The notes beneath the pieces are model-generated. The model was not told the DNA's origin. It saw only the letters and a list, made by a program, of their open reading frames with translations, and ran no database searches. 64,000 nt of DNA, taken from the NCBI GenBank assembly GCA_964415355.1, contig CAYPYS010000003.1:4156-68155 (forward strand), read 5' to 3'. Positions 1-7,958 of the stretch are shown here, one piece after another. Each line of letters opens with the position of its first letter. Positions within the stretch are counted from its first letter, which is position 1. The DNA is from an uncultured Planctomycetia bacterium. Lineage in GTDB: Bacteria > Omnitrophota > Gorgyraeia > Gorgyraeales > Gorgyraeaceae. The position numbers and the translations under genes are program-made.

Positions 1-1262
1 CAGGCGTCTTTTACTCTTGTCATTTCTACTGAGGCCTTTGTGCCAGGTGCGGATTTAGGTTTAGCAGCAGGCATGGGTCGCGCTGTTTGCTGCACTGGCC
101 TGTGCGCGGTTTGTTGTGGGCTTGATTTTGTGATCTCTGGCAATTTTGAGATTATCTCTTCTATCGAAGAAATAGAATCTCTCGACGTCAATCTCACCAT
201 ACAAAGCTCAAGGACAATCCTCTCAGGCAAAAGCTGTTTTATGAGCCTTAGGCTGTTCGAGATCACATTTATTACGTAAAATATATCTCCCTGGGAAAGT
301 GCAGCAGACTGTTTTCTTACCTGCTCTATTGCCTCTTTAGGCAGGTCTATCAGATCATCTCCTGAAATTCCGACCTTCGCGATCATGATGTTTCTGAAAT
401 GCTCCAAAAGCTCAAAAAGAAACTGCTTCGCGTCCTTTCCGGAATCCAATATCCCGCCTACCAGCTGAATGGCCCCTTTTGTATCCTTGTTTATTATTAT
501 GTCGGCTGCGTGAAAAAGGGTATCCTGCTCTATCAGGCCGAGGGATTCAACCACGTCCTGCAGTTTTATTTTACCCTTGGAAAAAGAAGAGACCTGGTCG
601 AGGACGCTCTCTGCGTCACGCATGCTGCCGCTGGCTGCCTTTGCGATATATAAAAATACGTTTTCTTCGATATTTAATTTCTCTTTCTTGGCGATTTCGC
701 TGAGCTTCGCAATGATCTCTTTATTAGGTATGCGCCTGAAATCGAATCTCTGACAGCGTGAAAGTATGGTCGCAGGAAGCTTGTGCGGCTCAGTGGTCGC
801 GAATATAAACTTTACGTGCGCCGGCGGCTCTTCCAGGGTCTTCAGAAGCGCGTTAAAGGCCTCTGTGGTGAGCATGTGCACTTCGTCTATTATGTAGATC
901 TTGAAGCGGCCCCTGGACGGGGAAAACTTTACTGCCTCGCGCAGGTTACGGATTTCGTCTATGCCGCGGTTCGAAGCGCCGTCGATTTCCATCACGTCCA
1001 TGCTCGAAGAATTATTTATCTCCTGGCACGAAGCGCATTTATTGCACGACGTCGGAGTTGGCCCTTTTTCGCAATTCAAGGCCTTGCTTAATATGCGCGC
1101 GGTGGAGGTCTTCCCTATGCCTCGCGGCCCTGTAAACAGGTAGGCGTGATGCACGCGTTCCATTGAAATCGCGTTCTTGAGCGTGGTCGTAATATGTTCC
1201 TGGCCAATCACGTCGTCAAAATTCTGCGGTCGCCACTTACGGGCAAACGGTAAATACGTCAT
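1..1262 (-). CDS. dnaX: DNA polymerase III subunit gamma/tau, N-terminal part (gene runs off the left edge of the window)
   Basis: Reverse-complement translation from the ATG at 1262 gives MTYLPFARKWRPQNFDDVIGQEHITTTLKNAI...HAYLFTGPRGIGKTSTARILSKALNCE, i.e. a Walker A motif and a Zn-finger CxxC region. No stop is reached before position 1, and the plus-strand ORFs in the track over this region are antisense artefacts. Confidence 0.85.
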   Translation of the reverse strand, partial: MTYLPFARKWRPQNFDDVIGQEHITTTLKNAISMERVHHAYLFTGPRGIGKTSTARILSKALNCEKGPTPTSCNKCASCQEINNSSSMDVMEIDGASNRGIDEIRNLREAVKFSPSRGRFKIYIIDEVHMLTTEAFNALLKTLEEPPAHVKFIFATTEPHKLPATILSRCQRFDFRRIPNKEIIAKLSEIAKKEKLNIEENVFLYIAKAASGSMRDAESVLDQVSSFSKGKIKLQDVVESLGLIEQDTLFHAADIIINKDTKGAIQLVGGILDSGKDAKQFLFELLEHFRNIMIAKVGISGDDLIDLPKEAIEQVRKQSAALSQGDIFYVINVISNSLRLIKQLLPERIVLELCMVRLTSRDSISSIEEIISKLPEITKSSPQQTAHRPVQQTARPMPAAKPKSAPGTKASVEMTRVKDA

Positions 1263-1273
1263 CTCTATCCCTT

Positions 1274-1308
1274 AACTTTATATTTCAACAACGTTAAAGT
1301 GTAAACTT
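1274..1308. repeat. 35-bp imperfect palindromic intergenic repeat, copy 1 (form A, 2 substitutions)
   Basis: aactttatatttcaacaacgttaaagtgtaaactt sits between the dnaX start and tRNA-Ser. Confidence 0.9.
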
Positions 1309-1310
1309 AC

Positions 1311-1406
1311 TGGCGGAGAGGGAGGGATTTGAACCCTCGGTACGGACTTTCATCCGTACAACGGTTTAGCAAACCGCCGCATTAAGCCGGACTATGCAAC
1401 CTCTCC
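1311..1406 (-). tRNA. tRNA-Ser (anticodon GCU), class II with long variable arm, CCA encoded
   Basis: The reverse complement folds by hand as GGAGAGG-TT-GCAT/ATGC D-arm, anticodon stem GCGGT/ACCGT with loop TTGCTAA, 7-bp variable-arm helix GTACGGA/TCCGTAC, T-arm GAGGG-TTCAAAT-CCCTC, acceptor CCTCTCC, G, CCA. Confidence 0.8.
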
Positions 1407-1852
1407 CGCTTCTTTCTAAAAAATCCCTTTAATAAAGCAGCTGCCTCGTGCTCTAAGATTCCTTTTCTGACTTCTATTCTATGATTCAATTTCTTGTGAT
1501 TGACCAGATTTGTGACTGAACCACAGGCGCCGCTCTTGGGGTCATCTGCAGCGTAAAAAAGCTCTTTTATGCGCGCTAAAACCATTGCGCCAGAACACAT
1601 GCTGCAAGGTTCAATTGTAACATACATGACACAATCTATCAATCTTTCATTTTGAAGTTGACTGGCTGCTTGGGTAATAGCTATCATCTCTGCATGAGCA
1701 GTCGGATCTTTTAGCATCTTTATCTGGTTATGCGCACGGCCTATTATAGTACCTTTATGCACTATAACCGCTCCCACAGGCACCTCGTTTCTATCAAAGG
1801 CCTTTCTTGCCTCCAACAACGCCTGTTTCATATAAAATTCATGATTTTTCAT
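1382..1852 (-). CDS. tadA: tRNA-specific adenosine deaminase
   Basis: Cytidine/deoxycytidylate deaminase zinc motifs HAEMIAI...PCSMCSGAM are present. The 3' end (1382–1406) overlaps the tRNA-Ser gene. Confidence 0.8.
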   Translation of the reverse strand: MKNHEFYMKQALLEARKAFDRNEVPVGAVIVHKGTIIGRAHNQIKMLKDPTAHAEMIAITQAASQLQNERLIDCVMYVTIEPCSMCSGAMVLARIKELFYAADDPKSGACGSVTNLVNHKKLNHRIEVRKGILEHEAAALLKGFFRKKRERLHSPA

Positions 1853-3641
1853 CCAAGACCACCTTTATCATACCACGCACTGAATTCATCATAAAGACCT
1901 CATCAGCGCTCAGGACATCCTCTCTGCGCAATACCTTTTCTTTTACAGGAATTCCTCCGGATTCGAGAAGATGCCTGCGAAATACCCCATTCAAAAGCCC
2001 GCAATGCACAGGAGGCGTGTAATAAATACTGCCTTTTTTAATCAAGATATTGGATATGGCTCCTTCCGTAACCTCTCCTTTTTTATTTGTAAAAATAATA
2101 TCAAAATATCCTTTCCTCCTCCACTTCTTATGCTCCTCATCATATAGATCTCTATTTGTGGTCTTGTGATATAAAAAGACGTTGTTATTTTGTATCTTTT
2201 TTTCAGAAAATCTGGCCCTTGTTATTTCTGCGCGGCCGTTTATCTTTGCAAAACTCGGCTGCATCCTTCCACTGCCGTCAAAAAGAAGTCTCACCCTATA
2301 ATCGAAACCTCTGTCGAACCTCTTTTCCAAGTCCCCCAGCTCTTCCAGAATACCTTTTTTGTCATATCGGACGCTAAAGTATTCTGCCGACGACAAAAGC
2401 CTGTCCAGATGTGTGTTTAAAAGAAAATACCCTTTTCCGGAACGCCACAACATCGTCTCTATAAATTTAAAATCGTTTTTTTTCTTTATTATAAAATCCG
2501 CTTTTAGTTTACACTCATCAAACTCTTTATGCGGGTCTGAATCATATACTATACCGCTGCCGATTCCTATTTCTCCTGCATTGTTCTTTCTGTCTATCAG
2601 GACCGTCCTTATCGCTACGTTAAAAACACTGTCGCCATCCGGTGCAAAAAAACCAATGCCACCCGTATATACACGCCTGGGTTCTTTCTCGAGACAATTT
2701 ATGATCTTCATGGTGCTTATCTTTGGCGCACCCGTAACAGAACCCGACGGAAAAATCGCTTTTAATAGGCTATAAATACTAACGCGTTTTTTAAGGATCG
2801 CTTTGACAATGGATATCATCTGGAATAAGGTCTCGTATCTTTCTACTTCAAAAAGTTTTTTGGTAGATACTGTGCCTGGCTTTGAGATCCTTCCAAGGTC
2901 ATTCCTCAATAGATCGACTATCATCAGGTTCTCGCTTCTATTTTTAAGGCTATGACCAAGCTCTTCGATATGCTCCCTGTCTTCACCAAGATCCTTTCCT
3001 CTGTCAATGGTACCCTTCATAGGCTTTACTTCAATGCGGTCTTTATGCTTCCTGAAAAATAACTCAGGCGAGAGCGAGGCTATTGAAAATCTATCGGTAC
3101 TTATAAAACTTGAGTAAGAAACGCTTTGTTTTTTCTTAAGCTCTTCGTAAAGGCTGTGCGCAGAACCCTTAAAATCAAATTTATATTTAAAGGTGTAATT
3201 TACCTGGTAGGTCTCTCCTCTCCGTATAAAATCCTTTATCTTTTCTATGTCGCTGATATATTTTTTCTTGGATATATTCGGCCTGAGGTTTTTTATAGAG
3301 TAAGGAGAATCTTTATGTCGCAGTAAAGTCATTTTTTCTTTATGCTCGATTATTTCCGGCTTTTTGTATATGCCGAACCATAACAATGGGAAGCCGGGAT
3401 CTGCTCTAAGCTCCTTTAAGTTCTCCTCAAAGCTAAACCCTGCCTCATAAGAAATAAATCCTGCGGCGTAATAGCCTTTCAGTATATAATCCTCGATCTC
3501 ACAAAGAGTGTTTTTTACGTCGGAAAGCTTATCACAAGAAATAATCTTGGCGGGGTTCGAAAAAAGAAAGGACCTGTGGTTATCTTTATCGAATCTATTG
3601 GTCTCAAGGAGGACAAAATTCTTTTTAGGCAAGGTGGGCAT
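1839..3641 (-). CDS. pabB: Aminodeoxychorismate synthase component I fused to an aminotransferase class IV (ADC lyase-like) domain
   Basis: The N-terminal two-thirds carries chorismate-binding-enzyme motifs (SPELFFR, GTIDRG, LMIVDLLRNDLGRI, GSVTGAPK). The C-terminal ~250 aa resembles the class IV aminotransferase / PabC fold (YHKTTNR...). Confidence 0.7.
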   Translation of the reverse strand: MPTLPKKNFVLLETNRFDKDNHRSFLFSNPAKIISCDKLSDVKNTLCEIEDYILKGYYAAGFISYEAGFSFEENLKELRADPGFPLLWFGIYKKPEIIEHKEKMTLLRHKDSPYSIKNLRPNISKKKYISDIEKIKDFIRRGETYQVNYTFKYKFDFKGSAHSLYEELKKKQSVSYSSFISTDRFSIASLSPELFFRKHKDRIEVKPMKGTIDRGKDLGEDREHIEELGHSLKNRSENLMIVDLLRNDLGRISKPGTVSTKKLFEVERYETLFQMISIVKAILKKRVSIYSLLKAIFPSGSVTGAPKISTMKIINCLEKEPRRVYTGGIGFFAPDGDSVFNVAIRTVLIDRKNNAGEIGIGSGIVYDSDPHKEFDECKLKADFIIKKKNDFKFIETMLWRSGKGYFLLNTHLDRLLSSAEYFSVRYDKKGILEELGDLEKRFDRGFDYRVRLLFDGSGRMQPSFAKINGRAEITRARFSEKKIQNNNVFLYHKTTNRDLYDEEHKKWRRKGYFDIIFTNKKGEVTEGAISNILIKKGSIYYTPPVHCGLLNGVFRRHLLESGGIPVKEKVLRREDVLSADEVFMMNSVRGMIKVVLDEKS

Positions 3642-3648
3642 TGAAAAC

Positions 3649-3722
3649 TGGCTGGAGGAGATGGATTCGAACCATCACAACAGGTTCCAGAGACCTGCGT
3701 CCTACCATTAGACGATCCTCCA
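3649..3722 (-). tRNA. tRNA-Gln (anticodon CUG), U1:A72, discriminator G, CCA encoded
   Basis: Hand-folded: TGGAGGA-TC-GTCT..GGAC, anticodon stem CAGGT/ACCTG with loop CTCTGGA, variable TTGT, T-arm GATGG-TTCGAAT-CCATC, acceptor TCCTCCA, G, CCA. Confidence 0.75.
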
Positions 3723-3740
3723 TTGGTCTTTTTAAAGCTT

Positions 3741-3775
3741 AACTTTACATTTCAACAACGTTAAAGTGTAAAGTT
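3741..3775. repeat. 35-bp palindromic intergenic repeat, copy 2 (form A)
   Basis: Exact match to the consensus aactttacatttcaacaacgttaaagtgtaaagtt. Confidence 0.95.
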
Positions 3776-3779
3776 AAGT

Positions 3780-4121
3780 CTATTGCATCTCGTTTTCGAT
3801 GTACATTTTCAGGCGTTTTTGGTCGCGCGGCTCAATATAGGTAAACGCAACACCTGCTTCAAAGGACTTTGCGTGTTCCGCGCCTACTCTTTTTATCCAG
3901 ACGACTTCGCCTCTTCCGAAGATAGGCATCGTATCAGAAGGAAAATATATCTGCACCTCGAGGATCGTGCCTTTTACAAGCCTTTCGTAGACATTAAAGC
4001 TCACGCCGCCTTCGCTTATATCCTTGCCGACTATCTGGTCACCTGTATGCGGCTCTTCCAGAGTCTTGTAACGAATTATTATAGGCCAAGCGATCCTTAC
4101 AAATTTTCTCTTCTCTTCCAT
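3780..4121 (-). CDS. PilZ domain protein (putative c-di-GMP receptor)
   Basis: Carries the RxxxR motif (RKFVR) and the D-x-S-x-G-G motif (DISEGG) diagnostic of PilZ. Confidence 0.6.
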   Translation of the reverse strand: MEEKRKFVRIAWPIIIRYKTLEEPHTGDQIVGKDISEGGVSFNVYERLVKGTILEVQIYFPSDTMPIFGRGEVVWIKRVGAEHAKSFEAGVAFTYIEPRDQKRLKMYIENEMQ

Positions 4122-5389
4122 TCTTCTATGACCCTTTTCAACCTTTTGAGAGTCTTTTCTTTCCCCAAAAGGGCAAGCACATCAAATATACCGGCAGACA
4201 CGCTTTTTCCCGTGACGGCGACCCTTAAAGGATGTATCAAGTCTCCGCCCTTTAAATCCGACTCCTTTATAAAAGCCCGCGCCTCAGTCTCTATGTTAGC
4301 CGGTGTAAAATCCTCTATTTTTTCAAGACGGGCTTTTACTAATTTTAGTATACCTAAAACTTCGTCATTTTTCAAAAACTTCTGCACTGCTTCTTTATCG
4401 TAAGATACTTCCTCTGAAGTAAATACGCCGAGCTCCTGTTTAAATTCTACCAGGGTTTTCACTCTGGGATGATAAAGTGCGGTGAATTTTTTAAACCATT
4501 CCGCTTCATAGTCTCCTTTTACGAACGCTGCGGCTATCTCTATAAACCTTTCCAGGTCCAATTTCCTTATGTGCTCGCCATTGAGCCAACGGAGTTTATC
4601 CTCGTTAAACTCTGCGCCGCGCTTATTTATGCGTTTCAGCGTGAATTTTTTTATAATATATTCTAATTCCATGAATTCCCTGTCATCGCCTGGCGCCCAA
4701 CCTAGTAGTGACAGATAATTCACCATTGCCCCGGGAAGATAGCCTTTCTCTTTATACTCTGATATCGAAGTCGCACCAAATCTCTTCGACAGGCGTGATT
4801 TGTCCGGCGCCAGTATCAATGGTATGTGCGCGAATTTAGGCGGCCTTACCTCAAGCGCCCTGTACAGCGCGACTTGCTTGTTTGTATTCGAGATATGATC
4901 GTCACCCCTTATGACATGAGTAACCTTCATATCGATGTCGTCGACAACGCACGCGAAATTATAGGCAGGGCTCTTATCAGACTTGATCAATACCAACTCG
5001 CCCACCAGCGCATTGTCCACTTCTATATCGCCATGGACAATATCGTTAAACCTTACTTTTTCCGCAGGGACTTTGAATATAACAGCTTCTCCGTCTTTGT
5101 ACGCCAGTCCCTTTTCAAGGAATTTTTCAGCGTAGGACAAATAGAGATCGCGACGCTCGCTCTGAAAATACGGCCCTTCATCCCAGTTCATGCCCAGCCA
5201 CTTTAGGCTCGAGAGTATCTCTTCCAGATAGACTCCGCTCGAACGATTTTTATCCGTGTCTTCTATCCTCAATATAAATGTACCTGATTGCGTCTTTGCG
5301 TAAAGCCAGTTAAAAAGCGCTGTCCTCGCACTGCCTATATGCAGGTTCCCGGTAGGGCTAGGCGCAAATCTAACGCGAACAGTACTCAT
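4097..5389 (-). CDS. gltX: Glutamate--tRNA ligase
   Basis: N-terminus MSTVRVRFAPSPTGNLHIGSARTALFNW carries the class I HIGH motif, and a KMSKS-like LSKR motif is present. Confidence 0.9.
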   Translation of the reverse strand: MSTVRVRFAPSPTGNLHIGSARTALFNWLYAKTQSGTFILRIEDTDKNRSSGVYLEEILSSLKWLGMNWDEGPYFQSERRDLYLSYAEKFLEKGLAYKDGEAVIFKVPAEKVRFNDIVHGDIEVDNALVGELVLIKSDKSPAYNFACVVDDIDMKVTHVIRGDDHISNTNKQVALYRALEVRPPKFAHIPLILAPDKSRLSKRFGATSISEYKEKGYLPGAMVNYLSLLGWAPGDDREFMELEYIIKKFTLKRINKRGAEFNEDKLRWLNGEHIRKLDLERFIEIAAAFVKGDYEAEWFKKFTALYHPRVKTLVEFKQELGVFTSEEVSYDKEAVQKFLKNDEVLGILKLVKARLEKIEDFTPANIETEARAFIKESDLKGGDLIHPLRVAVTGKSVSAGIFDVLALLGKEKTLKRLKRVIEEWKRRENL

Positions 5390-5912
5390 AGCCTCTCCTT
5401 ACGGCATCTTGATTTATGCGTATCATGTTTTTGCGTTTTTTCGGTATCATATACGTAAGTGAATCTATCAAAGACTCTATAGGCACGATATCACGTTTAG
5501 CCAAAAGGGCACCCAGGATAACCATGTTGCTGACGCGCGCATTGCCCAGGCTAAAAGCCATCTCTGTCGCAGGAATCTTTAAAATATCTATATCAGTCCT
5601 CTTGGCGTCGACGTCTATCAATGATTTATTTATGATCAATATGCCCTTGGGCTTGACCTTTGGCTCGAATTTTTTGAGAGACGGCCTGTTCATTACCACG
5701 CATATACTAGGCTCTTTTACGACAGGAGAAGCAACCGCGTCATCTGATATGACGACCATGGAATGCGCCGTGCCTCCCCTTACTTCAGCGCCGTACGAAG
5801 GCATCCACGTAACAAATTTCCCGTTATTCATAGCCACATGCGACAGGAGTTTTCCCATAAACATTATGCCCTGTCCGCCAAATCCCGCAAAAATCAATTC
5901 TTCCCGCATCAC
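5370..5912 (-). CDS. korG: 2-oxoacid:ferredoxin oxidoreductase, gamma subunit
   Basis: FAGFGGQGI...GAEVRGG is the POR/KOR gamma-subunit signature. Confidence 0.75.
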   Translation of the reverse strand: MMREELIFAGFGGQGIMFMGKLLSHVAMNNGKFVTWMPSYGAEVRGGTAHSMVVISDDAVASPVVKEPSICVVMNRPSLKKFEPKVKPKGILIINKSLIDVDAKRTDIDILKIPATEMAFSLGNARVSNMVILGALLAKRDIVPIESLIDSLTYMIPKKRKNMIRINQDAVRRGYEYCSR

Positions 5913-6646
5913 TCTGCCTTTTTAAAAACGCCCAATGGGTATTCCTTTGTCATGACCTCGGCCATCCACTTTATGTTATCTTCTGGCGAAAGCCCTAAAT
6001 AAGTGGGACAAGGAGAAAGCACTTCAACAAGAGAAAAACCCAAACCATTTATTTGATTCTCGAATACTTTTTTTATAGCATTTTTCGCCTTTAAGATATT
6101 TGCCGGGGCATGCACTGAAACCCTTTCGATATAAGAAGTGCCCGGCAAAACAGACAAGAGCTCGCAGACCTTAAGAGGAAAACCGTCTCTTTTCTGCTCC
6201 CTGCCGCTAGGGGTAGTGCTTGTCTTTTGATTCAATATCGTCGTCGGAGCCATCTGGCCGCCTGTCATACCGTAAACAGAGTTATTGACGAATATGATAG
6301 TAATATTTTCTCCCCTGTTCGCCGCGTGGATTATCTCAGCAGTGCCGATTGCCGCCAGGTCACCGTCACCCTGATATCCAAATACAATATTCTCTGGACT
6401 CGCCCTTTTTATGCCCGTAGCCACTGCCGGCACCCTGCCATGCGCAGCCTCTGTCACGTCAAAATCCCAGTAGTCATATGCTATCACCGCACACCCCACA
6501 GGAGCTATACCTATGACCTTCTCTCTTATCGCCAACTCATCTATCGTCTCGCAGATAAGCCTGTGTACTATACCATGGCCGCATCCCGCGCAATAGTGGG
6601 TATAAACGTCTCTTAAGCTTTCGGGTCTTTCAAATATTTTATTCAT
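5909..6646 (-). CDS. korB: 2-oxoacid:ferredoxin oxidoreductase, beta subunit (TPP-binding)
   Basis: CAGCGHG and the TPP-binding GDG...N region are present. I take the start as the internal Met (MNKIFERPE), which gives an ATGA overlap with the korA stop. Confidence 0.8.
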   Translation of the reverse strand: MNKIFERPESLRDVYTHYCAGCGHGIVHRLICETIDELAIREKVIGIAPVGCAVIAYDYWDFDVTEAAHGRVPAVATGIKRASPENIVFGYQGDGDLAAIGTAEIIHAANRGENITIIFVNNSVYGMTGGQMAPTTILNQKTSTTPSGREQKRDGFPLKVCELLSVLPGTSYIERVSVHAPANILKAKNAIKKVFENQINGLGFSLVEVLSPCPTYLGLSPEDNIKWMAEVMTKEYPLGVFKKAE

Positions 6647-7698
6647 CGTAAAGACTCTAAGTATCTTATTATTTCTTCTTCTGTAGGCACGCCGCCGCCT
6701 GTACGACCATAAAAATGAACCGGCTTCTTGCAATCTATAGCTAACCTCACGTCATCTATTAATTGGCCACAGCTCATCTCTGCCACTAAAAATTTATCAA
6801 CGCGTTTTGCCAATTTCTTTAACTCTTTTTCCGGAAACGGCCACAGGCTTATTGGCCTGAAAAGTCCTATCTTTTTACCTTCTGCTCTAAATTTTTCTAC
6901 AATATTTCTGCAGATCCTGCTTGTCGTGCCATAAGCTACCAGCATGGTTTCGCTATCATCTCCGTATAAAACTTCGTAACGCACCTCTTTTTCCTTGATC
7001 TCTTCATATCTTTTTTGAAGCTTTTGGTTTAACCTCTCCAATTCCCCTTCTCCAAGCAGAAGCGACCTGATAATCCTCGGCTTTCTGCCTTTACAACCAT
7101 TGAGTATCCAATTCTTTCCGGATTTCAGTTTTAGGATTTCAGCTTTTGGCTGTAACTCCACCGGCTCCATCATCTGCCCTAAAATTCCATCACCCAGAAT
7201 CATTGCAGGCATCCTGTATTTATCTGCCAGATCAAAAGACAGCGCGGTCAAATCCACTATTTCCTGCAGTGACGCCGGCGCCAGGACTATTTGGCGATAA
7301 TCGCCGTGACCGCCGCCTCTTGTAGCTTGAAAATAATCGCTCTGACTCGGAGCTATATTTCCAAGCCCGGGCCCGCCCCTCATTATATTCACTATTACAG
7401 CGGGAAGTTCGCAACCAGCCAGATACGATATTCCTTCCTGCTTGAGACTTACACCTGGACTCGAAGAAGAAGTCATAGCCCTGATACCTGTCAAAGAGGC
7501 ACCAAAAACCATATTTATAGCAGAAATTTCGCTTTCCGCCTGGATAAAAACTCCGCCTACCTCTGGCATACGGCGCGACATATAGGCTGGGATTTCGTTC
7601 TGCGGAGTAATAGGATACCCGGCGTAAAATCTGCAGCCTGCCATTATCGCAGCTTCTGCTAAAACCTCATTACCTGACATAAGGACTTTTTTCGCCAT
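6643..7698 (-). CDS. korA: 2-oxoacid:ferredoxin oxidoreductase, alpha subunit
   Basis: MAKKVLMSGNEVLAEAAIMAGCRFYAGYPITP is typical of the alpha-subunit N-terminus. Confidence 0.85.
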   Translation of the reverse strand: MAKKVLMSGNEVLAEAAIMAGCRFYAGYPITPQNEIPAYMSRRMPEVGGVFIQAESEISAINMVFGASLTGIRAMTSSSSPGVSLKQEGISYLAGCELPAVIVNIMRGGPGLGNIAPSQSDYFQATRGGGHGDYRQIVLAPASLQEIVDLTALSFDLADKYRMPAMILGDGILGQMMEPVELQPKAEILKLKSGKNWILNGCKGRKPRIIRSLLLGEGELERLNQKLQKRYEEIKEKEVRYEVLYGDDSETMLVAYGTTSRICRNIVEKFRAEGKKIGLFRPISLWPFPEKELKKLAKRVDKFLVAEMSCGQLIDDVRLAIDCKKPVHFYGRTGGGVPTEEEIIRYLESLR

Positions 7699-7700
7699 AG

Positions 7701-7907
7701 CTATTTATACACTTTTATGCAGACTTCGGGACAGATGATCGCGCAAAAAGAACACCCTGTGCATTTACCCTTACCCTCTGCAAACTTTACAGGGTGTATG
7801 CCTTTTTTATTTATAACAGGGTCTTGTTCAATGCATACCTTTTTGCAATATAGGATACACAGCCCGCAACCCTTACATTTTTCCTTATCGATTTCTATCT
7901 TCGCCAT
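7701..7907 (-). CDS. korD: 2-oxoacid:ferredoxin oxidoreductase delta subunit (2x[4Fe-4S] ferredoxin)
   Basis: Two CxxCxxCxxxCP motifs in 68 aa. Confidence 0.85.
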   Translation of the reverse strand: MAKIEIDKEKCKGCGLCILYCKKVCIEQDPVINKKGIHPVKFAEGKGKCTGCSFCAIICPEVCIKVYK

Positions 7908-7923
7908 TTAAACATATCTCCCT

Positions 7924-7958
7924 AACTTTACACTTTAACGTTGTTGAAATGTAAAGTT
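7924..7958. repeat. 35-bp palindromic intergenic repeat, copy 3 (form B = reverse complement of form A)
   Basis: aactttacactttaacgttgttgaaatgtaaagtt. The dxs stop codon lies inside it. Confidence 0.95.

Noticed and set aside
399-1143. Plus-strand ORFs in the track (399..653, 479..703, 783..1091, 901..1143)
   Set aside because: They lie antisense to a continuous, well-conserved dnaX reading frame on the minus strand and have no motifs, so they are frame shadows.
5416-5925. 169-aa plus-strand ORF
   Set aside because: It is antisense to korG and has low-complexity composition; a shadow ORF.
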